Shown here: positions 1 through 10,359 of the stretch, piece by piece
How the letters are laid out: each line of letters begins with the position of its first letter
Position numbering within the stretch: the first letter of the stretch is position 1
Source of the DNA: Eledone cirrhosa
Lineage: Eukaryota
NCBI GenBank assembly: GCA_964016885.1
Contig: OZ024740.1
Location: forward strand, 285,262,001 to 285,326,000
DNA length: 64,000 nt
Direction: 5' to 3'
Program-made: the position numbers and the translations under genes
Notes under the pieces: model-generated
Told to the model about the DNA's origin: nothing
Seen by the model: only the letters and a program-made list of their open reading frames with translations
Database searches by the model: none

Positions 1-539
1 CTTTCATGAATTTTCTCGTGTCTTGATGACATGCCCAACTGCCACCATATCCCACCTGCACACCCCCTTTCCACCACCTTCCTATCTGTCTAACTACTTT
101 TCTCTCCCTCTTTCTTAAATTCATATGCCTGCATGGGGTAATCACAGGTTCTGTGAGCTGTGGAAAAGGCATCCCATCTCAGAGAGTTTCAAATAAAAAA
201 GACAGTATGTGGAAGACATGGGCTCCGCAAGCTTAGTAAAGGCAACCCATTTAAGAGAGCAGTCACTCAAAATTAAAACTGACACAGGATAGAGATGACT
301 CTTTAGTACTGGTGGCATGATGAAATACACCAAGTCTACACTGTAAAGTGATTGGTTATAAGGACATCCAATCAGTAAAACCCTGCTAAAATCTATGATA
401 AACACAATATATAAGATTTACACTAATTGTGTATACAGGACTAACACTAGTCATGTTAGTGCTGTGCACAGTAGTGGGGTTGCTAACCTAGCCTTGTGTG
501 AGAACTTCTCAATCATCATCAACTGATCGCACAACTACC

Positions 540-1815
540 TTTCCTTTCAGGTATAGAAAACTACTAAACAGAATGACCAAACTACCGCTGAGAGGTAACA
601 CATTTCAGGGCTGCCACCCTTAACATGAGCACACTGAAAAATAGATCCAGGAAAATTGGGGTAATATTCAAGAGGAGATGTGTAAAAGAGGTGAGATGGA
701 GAGGTGCCTCAGCAAGACTACTCACAGACAAACAGGATAAATATAAGCTTTTCTTGATTGTATATGATGATAAGGATAGGAGAAGTAGACCTCCTACTAA
801 CTGAGAAGTATATATATATATATAATGTACTTAAGGTAGTTAGAGGGACAGAATTATCAAGCAATAGAATGGCTAGAATTATCTCTTGCTATGCACCACA
901 AGCAGGGTTAATTAAAAAACAAAAAGATTGTTTCTACGAGAAACTCCAACAGGCACCCTGAGTTACAGAAGACAGAGACCTCATCATCCTAGCTGACAAA
1001 TTCAATTGACATGTTGAGCAGCACCAGGATGGCTACAGTTACAGTGCAAGAAATGAAAAGATAGTGAGACTCCTAGAATTCTGCAATGCAAATGAACTAT
1101 TTGCAACACTAACACTAAGTAGTTTAGTAAGTTGGAATAGAGACAGGATCTTGTTCTCATCAGGAAAGTGACCCTGTTTGATATGTAGAAAAGGAGTAGG
1201 TAGAAATTTTATATGATATACAAGAGGTGCAGTGTGATAGCAGACAGACTAACAGATGCACAGCGATAATTGATAGTAAGAGCATAAGTGAAATAAACTT
1301 TTTCCAGTCCTAGGAAGGACCCATAGAAGTGGTTGATAGCTTCAGCTACCTAGATTATTTAATTAGTAGTAGAGAAGGTTGCAGTGAGAGCATGATAGCT
1401 AGGATAATAGGATGGAAAAGTTTAGGGAGCTACTACCTTTGTTGACAACAAAAACTTTCTTTCTACAAATGAATGGTTGGCTGCATGATGTCTGTGTGTA
1501 AAGTGCAATATTACATTGTAGTGAGACTTGGGAAATTAAAGCAAAAGTTATGCAAAGGCTAGAGAGAAATGAAGCAAGCATGCTCCATTGGATGTGCAAT
1601 GCTAATGCATGAATGTGCTGATAGAAACGGTAGATAAAAGAGAAATCAGATGTAGTGTGCAGGAGAGAAGACTGTATTGGTATGGGCCTGTGATGCAAAT
1701 GAATGACAATTGTTGGGTGGAGAGACACTGTACTTAAATAAACCCGTCCAACCATTGCAAGATTGGAAAAACAGATATAAAATGATGAAGATGATGATGG
1801 TGGTGATGATGATGA
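540..1815 (+). mobile_element. Highly degraded, internally deleted RTE LINE
   Basis: ISCYAPQAG, LLEFCNAN, VVDSFSYL, GWKSLGSYY/CSETW and RLERNEASMLHWMCN remnants; (GAT)n tail. Confidence 0.75.
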
Positions 1816-2029
1816 GCCTCAACTAATGAATAATTGATGGAAATTTTAATAGATATATTTTAATACTCTTACTCTATGTATTACACAATAGCAAGAGCAA
1901 CAGTAGTAGTAGTACACAATAGTTATATAATTCACATTTACTTGAGAGCAATATTTAGATTTATAAATAATTTGTAATGTTATTCATACAATGGGTCTAA
2001 AAACATCTGACTGATAAAATGACAAGTCA

Positions 2030-2280
2030 GTCAATCATATCGGTGGCCTCCCCACAGCCCCGGCAGACAGAATAGAGAAGGCGTTTTCCCGGGGGACGGC
2101 AAGTGAGACGCGCGCTGGAAAAGCCACTCCAATTCGCGGGTCTCACACCTGTGGCTGGCCAGCTCAGCGCCTACGGTGGTGAGTAGGGAGGTAGCCCTAG
2201 GGCCGAGGACACCAGAAGTCTCCACTGCCAAGGCTACAACCACAAACCTCTTGGAGAACGACCAGTATTTGAAGAGTTAT
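2030..2280 (-). mobile_element. CRE-like LINE 3' fragment
   Basis: VVALAVETSGVLGPRA..LEWLFQR; homologous to 33030-33310. Confidence 0.7.
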
Positions 2281-2724
2281 GTATTGAATTCAGACCTCAC
2301 CAGCATTTATTTCACCATTTATCACTTACTACTTTCATATTAATAAAACAAAACAGTAATATACTGCAAACAAATTACAAAGTCTGGGGAAATTAATGTT
2401 TTGTTGTTTTTTTGTTTTTGTTCATTACCCAGAAAATAGAGTGATCTCATTAGCTTTTGAACACCTCCCTTCCCTTTTACAGTAGAAGAGTGAAAATACA
2501 GGAGTGAAGTTTAATGTAGTTAATGCTAAGTGTTGAAGTTTCAAGAGTTTGTAATTTAATAGATTGAAATATATAGACAGGAAGGAAATACCAGTGATGA
2601 GTGCCAAGGAAGAAGGTAAAGAAATACAAAAGCAGGGTATAAGGATATCAAAGTATTTTTTATTCTATTAAAACTTTAACTGTAAAATTGAATGTAAATG
2701 CAATATATATATATATATATATAT

Positions 2725-3068
2725 GGAGGCACATGGCTTAGTGGTTAGAGCATTGGCCTTGCAATCGAAAGGTTGTGAGTTCAATTCTCAGACTGGGTGA
2801 TGTGTTGTTTCCTTGAGCAAGACACTTTATTTCACATTGCTCCAGTTTACTCGGCTGTAGAAATGAGATGATAGGGACAGGGGTCCCTATCATTCCACTG
2901 AAAAGTGGACGTGGAGGTGCCAGGGCAAAAAAGAACCCAGCACTCACTGTAAATGAGGTTGGTGTTAGGAAGGGCATCCAGCTGTAGAAATCAAGCCAGA
3001 ATCAGTTCCCGTCCCACCCTTGCAAGCAGGGAAAAGCAGACATAAAAATGAAATGAAATGAAATGAAA
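2725..3068 (+). mobile_element. tRNA-derived SINE family A with RTE-like 3' tail
   Basis: A box tggcttagtgg, B box gttcaattc; tail ggttggtgttaggaagggcatccagctgtagaaa shared with the RTE 3' UTR; (AAATG)n end. Confidence 0.85.
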
Positions 3069-3264
3069 ATATATATATATATATTAAGTATTTCTGTGGA
3101 AAAGGTAAAGGAAAGAAGAGTGCTCTATATATAGTACAGAGCTACTTAATTATGTAATAAACAACACAATATAATTATTCCATTACCTAAGGTTTCACGA
3201 AGTTAGATGATTCTAACAGAAATGTCTGATATCGCTCATCATGTGTTGTTTATTACATAATTAA

Positions 3265-3297
<33 letters not shown>

Positions 3298-3681
3298 CTA
3301 AAATTCAAATTCTCCGTTTTCCTCTCTGATTTTAAATTATTATTTTACATGTTTTTAATATGTCTCAATCTGTTGGACCCTTCCTAAAAACTAAACTTCT
3401 CTCAATCTGTTGGACCCTTCCTAAAAACTAAACTTCTCCTAAAGTCACCCATTTCCTGCCCACCCACCCCCACACACCACCATTGGTATATGGTCCAATT
3501 ATAACTCAGCGACTTTAGTAAGTTCTCTAACAAATCAGTATAGCAACGCTACCAACCCGGTTACTACTCCTTAAGTTGAGACCTGTTTGATGGATTGACT
3601 GCGGAAATTTGAAAAGTCTAAGCACTCAATGACAATGTCACAGATAAAGATAAATTCACCTCCTGCTGCACATATAAGCTC

Positions 3682-3770
3682 ACATGTCTGACAAGATGTC
3701 GAAAAAGAGTCGGGTCCTGTCACCTTCATTGTACCCTGAGCTGATCGATATCGAAACAATTGTAATATGT
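3682..3770 (+). ncRNA. Type-I hammerhead motif with extended stem II (G8A variant)
   Basis: ACAUGU-CUGACAA-GAUGUCGA..UCGAUAUC-GAAA-CAAUUG-UA-AUAUGU, then AAUAAA. Confidence 0.7.
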
Positions 3771-3914
3771 AAATAAAGTTTGTACATATGCTGCAACACT
3801 GGATTCAACTCTTTTAAATCTCTCTCTCTTTGTCTCTCTCTATACATACATATACATACACACACATATATATATACACACATACTATATATATATATAT
3901 ATATGTATATATAT

Positions 3915-4207
3915 CTAAAAGTCTAAAGTCTCTCTTAAGCCAGAAGGCTCATTTGGCCGGTACTTATCCCTGTTTCATGGTGTGAAGCGACTGAGAATAC
4001 ACAACTCCCCCCACCCCCCTTGGACATGATGCCAGTCCATCGCAGAGTTAAACCCCCAGCTATTGCTGGTACTCATTTTCAGCTGAGTATACTGGAGCAA
4101 CGTGAAATGCGGTGTTTTGATCAAGAACACAACATGCAACCCAGGAATCGAACCCATGACATTATGATCGTAAGTCCAACACCCTTACCACTAGTCCACG
4201 TGCCTCC
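3915..4207 (-). mobile_element. tRNA-derived SINE family B
   Basis: Head ggaggcacgtggactagtggtaagggtgttggac..gggttcgattcc; tail ..gactttagacttt. Other copies at 11811-12085, 33360-33545 and 53545-53820. Confidence 0.8.
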
Positions 4208-4220
4208 ACATGTGTGTGTG

Positions 4221-4283
<63 letters not shown>

Positions 4284-4646
4284 TCATCATCATCATCAAA
4301 TGAAATTTTTTCCATTTATATGTGCATATATATAAGAAAATTATATATATATATATATATATACACATATAAATGGAAAAAATTTCATTTCCCACTCTTA
4401 GTACGGCTGTTACTTAAATATAAGTATGTATACGTACATACATATGTATACAGACGTACAGTAGTATGTATAAGTAACAGCTGTACTAAGAGTGGGAAAT
4501 AAAATTTAGTTTCATTTTTTCCGTTTATCGTTTTCGGTGCACCTGGCCAATTAACCCACTCGATATGCAAATTGGGCTACTCAGCCGTTAATATGCATAA
4601 GGAAAGTATATACTTTCAGACGTTCAATCATCTGGCAGGAAGGTAT

Positions 4647-4689
4647 ACGTTGCTGACGATAGCTAATAAGCTTGAAACTAGTACAGCGT
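4647..4689 (+). ncRNA. Minimal type-I hammerhead ribozyme motif
   Basis: ACGUUG-CUGACGA-uAGCU aaua AGCUu-GAAA-CUAG-UA-CAGCGU; stem I covaries with the 20890 copy. Confidence 0.8.
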
Positions 4690-4963
4690 TCCTTTGTCAG
4701 TGTTGAACAAACGAGCAACGATGGTTGCTAGACACTACGGCTTAATACGGGATGTTTGTTTACAAACACATCGAGCATTATAATAAATGTTCGGTGAATC
4801 CATACGTACATATATATATATATGTGTGCATGTATGTATATATATATATACATACTACTGTACGTCTGTATTCATATATGTATGTACGTATACATACTTA
4901 TATATACACACATATATATATATATACATATATACATATATGTACATATATACATATATACAT

Positions 4964-7900
4964 CTCTCTCCCTCCACAAATCTTAATTCTAGCGTATTTT
5001 CAAAACAATCCATATTTCGTATCAAGTCCAAATAGCCAATCTATCGCTAAAACAAACTACATTTTCTGTTTCTATTAATTGCTAAATACGTAAGTTTTTG
5101 GACGTATTTAACAGAACAAATTTTGTATTTTTGTTAATCGCTTGTTAAATGCAAGGACCCCATTCAATCATTACCTTCTTGCTAGCTATTTTCAAACCTT
5201 AATTCCTAACGTATTTTCAAACCTCAATCCCTAATTCTAGCGTATCTTCAAAACAAAAAAACAAAATCCTTTCCTTCTTCCTTCTTCGAAGGCACGGGGC
5301 GGTCAAACGCCTAACACTCACAGCCATCATGTGGCCCCCTCCCCTCGCTCTCTCTCACTCTCTCTCTATAAATATATGATAGGAATTCACTTCGCCAAAT
5401 TTCATTTCATTGCTTGCTGTCCACGATATTCATGTAAACGTAATGTACAGACTTCATCTCTCTCCCTCCACAAATCTTAATTCTAGCGTATTTTCAAAAC
5501 AATCCATATTTCGTATCAAGTCCAAATAGCCAATCTATCGCTAAAACAAACTACATTTTCTGTTTCTATTAATTGCTAAATACGTAAGTTTTTGGACGTA
5601 TTTAACAGAACAAATTTTGTATTTTTGTTAATCGCTTGTTAAATGCAAGGACCCCATTCAATCATTACCTTCTTGCTAGCTACCCAACATCCCTCCCACC
5701 CCCACGCACCACCATTGCTATTACGTGGACCAATCATAAAACAGAGCCCCCACGCATCACCAGTATTATTACGCGGACCAATCAGAAACCAGAGGCCTAT
5801 ACTATCGCTTGCCTGGTTGCCTTTCGATATACGATATATGATGGATGGATGGACTGCGGAATCCTGGAGAGTGGAGGTGAGAGAGAAAAATCTGGACGCT
5901 CAGCGACAATGCCAATGCCAAAGATAAAGACAAATTCACCTCTTGGACGAGAATGCGAGCACTCCTCATTGTTTCGACCGCGGACGGCTAACATAACCCC
6001 ATCGCCCCCCACCCCTCACCGCCCCCAACCCCCAAACGCAATCCAAAACTTCAGAGTTGGTACCATAAATGTAGGCACCCTAAAGGGTCGCGCTAACGAG
6101 GTTGTAGAAATGCTTGAACGTAAGGAGGTCGATGTTTGTTGTATTCAAGAGACCAGGTGGAGGGGTGGGTCTGCTAGGTTCATTGAGGGTAAAAAACGAT
6201 GTTATAAGCTTTTCTGGGTGGGAAACGACGATGGGCTGGGTGGAGTAGGAATCATGGTAGCAGAAAAGTGGGCAGATAAGATAATAGACGTAAATAGAGT
6301 GAACGACAGAATAATTAAAATACGACTTGTCCTCAATAGAACTACGGTGACAGTAATATCTGCGTACGCACCCCAATCCGGACTGCCCGGCACTATAAAA
6401 GACAGATTCTATGAGACATTGATGCTAACTACCTCCCAAATATCCGACAGTGACTATATAATTATCGCAGGCGACCTAAATGGTCACGTTGGACAACATT
6501 GTGACGGCTACGACGAAATCCATGGAGGCTATGGGTTTGGTACTAGAAATGAGGAAGGCTCCAGAATCCTGGAATTCTGTGATGCAAATAACCTAACTAT
6601 CTGTAACACTAACTTCAAAAAACGTGACAATCACCTGATCACCTATAGATCCGGGGAACACACAAGCCAGGTAGATTATATCCTTACCAGAAGACGTGAC
6701 AGAGTGTCTGTTGTTAACACTAAATCCCTCCCCCATGAAGAATGCACCTCCCAACACAGACTGATAATTAGCGACCTCATAGTCAGGACGAGACGTACTC
6801 GACAACAGAAGAGGACTATCCTCAGGAGGAAAATATGGAAGCTAAAGGACCCCACAGCCAGGAATAAATTTCAAAGCATATTACTTGATGCTTTCGACAG
6901 TAAGGAAGAACATTTAGAGTCGGACAATATAGAGGGAGAGTGGGAATTTCTGAAAGCAAACCTGCTGTTGGCGACAGACGAGGTCTGTGGCTGGAGCAGG
7001 CCTGTAGGCAGGAGGAGAGTAACATGGTGGTGGAACAGTAAGGTGGAGGGGTCAATTAAGGCCAAAAAGCAGGCTTGGAAAGTATGGCGGGATGGGGGAA
7101 GTAGAGAGGACTATCAAGTGGCCAGGAGGGAAGCTAGGAGACAAGTGTACTTAGCAAGAAGGGAAGCTGAGGAAAGAAAGTTCAAGCATGTTCTACAACG
7201 CGATGACCAAAAACGTGAGGTGTTCAGGATTGCTAGGCAATGCGTCAAGGAAAACCGTGATATTGTCGGGGAGAAGTGTGTACTAAACGACGATGGCACA
7301 CTTGCCATCACCGACGCTGATAAGAAGGTAGCTTGGAAGTGTCACTATGAAAGGCTACTAAATGAGGAGAATAATTGGGAGAAAGGCAGTCTCCCCCATA
7401 TCGACCCAATAGAGGGACCAGCAGTGTTAGTCGAGGGGAGTATAATAAGTAAGGCAATCAAGGATATGAAGACTGGTAAGGCGGCTGGGCCTTCGGAAAT
7501 AGTTGCTGAGATGCTGAAGGCATCTGGCACGGTGGGACACACCATGGTCACCCGCATAGTTAACCAAGTCGTACAGAATGGGGTTGTTCCGAAGGACTGG
7601 CATAGCAGCATCATCGTTAACTGTTATAAGGGTAAAGGAGACGCCCTAGATAGGAGTAACTATAGAGGCATTAAATTAATCGACCAGGTCATGAAGGTCA
7701 CGGAAAAAGTAATAGCGCAACTAATCAGAGAGAGAATTGACCTAGATGAAATGCAGTTCGGGTTTGTGTCAGGCAAAAGTACCACAGACACTCTTTTCAT
7801 AGTACGACAACTACAGGAGAAGTACCTAGCTAAAGGTAAACCCCTCTACTTAGCTTTTGTCGACTTGGAGAAAGCCTTCGACAGAGTCCCCCGCTCCATT

Positions 7901-9480
7901 ATCTGGTGGGCTCTTAGAAAACTAGGCGTTGACGAATGGCTTGTGAGGGCTATACAAGCCATGTATAAAGAAACAGTCAGCAAGGTTAGAATTAACAACG
8001 AATATAGTGAAGAGTTTAGCGTAAAAGTTGGCGTCCATCAGGGCTCTGTTCTCAGTCCACTACTATTTATTATTGCCCTTCAGGCTATAACAGAGGAGTT
8101 CAAGACAGGCTGCCCATGGGAACTCCTATACGCAGACGACCTGACACTCATAGCGGAATCAATGGCCGAGCTAGAGAAGAAATTCCAAACATGGAAGCAC
8201 GGCCTAGAGTCAAAAGGACTTAAAATTAACCTGGCTAAGACCAAAGTACTAGTTTGTAGGAAAGAAAACAAGGCGGCGGTCCCTTCTGGGAAATGGTCGT
8301 GCTCGGTGTGTAGGAAAGGCGTAGGTAGAAACTCCATTTTATGTCCTAAATGCAAAGTATGGGTGCATAAAAGATGTAGTGGGATCACAGGTAAGCTAAC
8401 TAAGAACATAGATTTTACATGTGGCCGGTGCTCTGGTGCAATAAGAAGCAGCAAGTGCCCACAAACTACTAGCTCTTTCAATTGCGCAGAGGGTTCTATA
8501 GAAATAGTGGACAGCTTCCGTTACCTGGGCGATAAAATCAGCAGTGGGGGAGGGTGCTCTGAAAGTACTGTAGCTAGAGTCAGAACTGGTTGGAAAAAGT
8601 TCAGAGAGCTTATACCACTATTAGCTGCTAAAGGGTTCTCACTAAAAATGAAAGGCAGGTTGTACGATGCCTGCATACGAACAGCAATGCTGCATGGCAG
8701 TGAGACCTGGGCATTGTGTGCAGAGGATATACGCAGACTAGAGAGGAACGAAGCTTGCATGCTCCGCTGGATGTGTAACAGTAATATACGTGAACGGCAA
8801 AGCATAAACGAACTAAGGAAAAAATTAGAGATAAGAGGGATCAGATGTTGTTTACTCGAGAGAAGGCTACGTTGGTATGGACACGTGATGCGCATGAAAG
8901 TCGATAGCTGTATAACAAAGTGCAGGGCAATAAAGATAGACGGTAGTCACGGAATAGGCAGACCTAGAAAAACCTGGGACGAGCTGATAAACTCCGACAT
9001 CACACACTTACACCTCTCCAAGACAATGTCACTGGACCGAGACCTTTGGCGGTACTCAGTAACAGAGAAGACCCGCCTTACCTAAATATATAGTAAAACC
9101 TACTCCAGCCAGTAGGCATCTCTAACAAAATACACCCCGTCCCACCACCACCACCCCCACCCGATCCACACCACCCCGTTCTATGTAAAGTTATGTTGGT
9201 GCCGCGCCATCGAGGCCGAAACAAATGAGATCGTGTAGGTGTCACGACAAAAAAACACACAGTCCACGCTGTAATGTGGCCGTGTAGGCAACACGGTAAA
9301 AACCTCCCAGACCCACACTGTAAATGTGGTTGGTGTTAGGAAGGGCATCCAACTGTAGAAAACCTGCCAGACAGTCCTATGCGAGCAAGACAATCACTCT
9401 TGCCTCAAGTGGGACTACCCCCGTCCAAACCCATGCAAGCGTGGAACACGGACGTTAAACGTTGATGATGATGATGATGA
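4964..9480 (+). mobile_element. Full-length RTE-clade LINE, apparently intact
   Basis: Single long APE-RT ORF, 3' UTR ending in (GAT)n at about 9463-9481, and candidate low-complexity TSD tacatatatacat at 4951-4963 and 9481-9493. Confidence 0.92.
5849..9085 (+). CDS. RTE ORF: APE endonuclease + reverse transcriptase + PHD finger (1078 aa from first ATG)
   Basis: Endonuclease motifs TINVGTL, CIQETRW, SAYAPQ, GDLNGH, VDYIL, SQH; RT motifs NYRGI, FVDLEKAFD, GVHQGSVLSP, YADD; RTE-like C-terminus LRWYGHV..GRPRKTW. No stops. First in-frame ATG is 5849 (alternatives 5909, 5915). Confidence 0.93.
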   Translation: MDCGILESGGEREKSGRSATMPMPKIKTNSPLGRECEHSSLFRPRTANITPSPPTPHRPQPPNAIQNFRVGTINVGTLKGRANEVVEMLERKEVDVCCIQETRWRGGSARFIEGKKRCYKLFWVGNDDGLGGVGIMVAEKWADKIIDVNRVNDRIIKIRLVLNRTTVTVISAYAPQSGLPGTIKDRFYETLMLTTSQISDSDYIIIAGDLNGHVGQHCDGYDEIHGGYGFGTRNEEGSRILEFCDANNLTICNTNFKKRDNHLITYRSGEHTSQVDYILTRRRDRVSVVNTKSLPHEECTSQHRLIISDLIVRTRRTRQQKRTILRRKIWKLKDPTARNKFQSILLDAFDSKEEHLESDNIEGEWEFLKANLLLATDEVCGWSRPVGRRRVTWWWNSKVEGSIKAKKQAWKVWRDGGSREDYQVARREARRQVYLARREAEERKFKHVLQRDDQKREVFRIARQCVKENRDIVGEKCVLNDDGTLAITDADKKVAWKCHYERLLNEENNWEKGSLPHIDPIEGPAVLVEGSIISKAIKDMKTGKAAGPSEIVAEMLKASGTVGHTMVTRIVNQVVQNGVVPKDWHSSIIVNCYKGKGDALDRSNYRGIKLIDQVMKVTEKVIAQLIRERIDLDEMQFGFVSGKSTTDTLFIVRQLQEKYLAKGKPLYLAFVDLEKAFDRVPRSIIWWALRKLGVDEWLVRAIQAMYKETVSKVRINNEYSEEFSVKVGVHQGSVLSPLLFIIALQAITEEFKTGCPWELLYADDLTLIAESMAELEKKFQTWKHGLESKGLKINLAKTKVLVCRKENKAAVPSGKWSCSVCRKGVGRNSILCPKCKVWVHKRCSGITGKLTKNIDFTCGRCSGAIRSSKCPQTTSSFNCAEGSIEIVDSFRYLGDKISSGGGCSESTVARVRTGWKKFRELIPLLAAKGFSLKMKGRLYDACIRTAMLHGSETWALCAEDIRRLERNEACMLRWMCNSNIRERQSINELRKKLEIRGIRCCLLERRLRWYGHVMRMKVDSCITKCRAIKIDGSHGIGRPRKTWDELINSDITHLHLSKTMSLDRDLWRYSVTEKTRLT

Positions 9481-10359
9481 TACATATATACATATATATA
9501 TGTACATATATGTATAAAGTCAATGATTAAAGATAATAACTTTCAGTAAGCAGAAGTTAAAGTCATGGTTGGAGAAACAAGTTAAGATATACTGGTGGGA
9601 AAATAATTCCTTTAGTTTTGTTTTTAACCTAATAACACCCATTATAGTCTCAAGAAGTTGAGGATATGGTTGAAATTATAGCTCTTGTGTGTTGTAAAAT
9701 AAGAAATAGAACTTCCAGCTGATAAATATTTCACTCTGGTATGTCTTGGGTCAGGAAGCACGATGGTTGAGTGGATTAACTGTTGGCATACGATATTGTA
9801 TCTTGATTGCCTGACACACCAGTCAAGACTAGGGCACCATTGCATTGTGTTCTATTTGCTACATTTTACTTAACTGGATAACTAGTACATGTTTCATTTG
9901 GGAATATATTTGTAATAGACTAGTTGTCACTCATAAATTTTATACCATAACACCCCCACCCCCACCACCCACAAATTCTGGTCTTTCAAGCTTTATTACT
10001 TTATGAAAAATATTTTGAAGGATAATTTTCCTTTGAAATATATATTTTATAACTATTATATAAACATCAACTCAAAAAATGTTCCAATATTTGGTAATTT
10101 TTTATTTACCATATATACTCGAATATAACCACCCCTCGCCACCATTTTACCATTGATTTTTGGGGTGACATATTCCTCGGTTTATATTCAAGTATATAAA
10201 GTAGTTCCCACTAAAGATTAGAACATACATTGAATATTACAGTTAAAATTATGTGGAGGCTGCTAGATAATTACAGACCTTTAAAATGATCAAATTAACC
10301 ATGACATCTAAATTATCTTCCAATAAGATGGATTATAGATTTTATTAAAATTTCCTTAT

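Noticed and set aside
2725-2800. tRNA genes at SINE heads
   Set aside because: A/B boxes are present, but they continue into SINE bodies, lack a clean acceptor stem and recur as diverged copies.
5636-5848. N-terminal 71 codons of the 1149-aa ORF
   Set aside because: Starts at TTG inside the duplicated 5' UTR and has no counterpart in the second RTE; the first ATG is 5849.
6080-8895. Antisense ORFs over the RTE copies and Gypsy pol
   Set aside because: Shadow ORFs of TE coding strands with no independent motifs.
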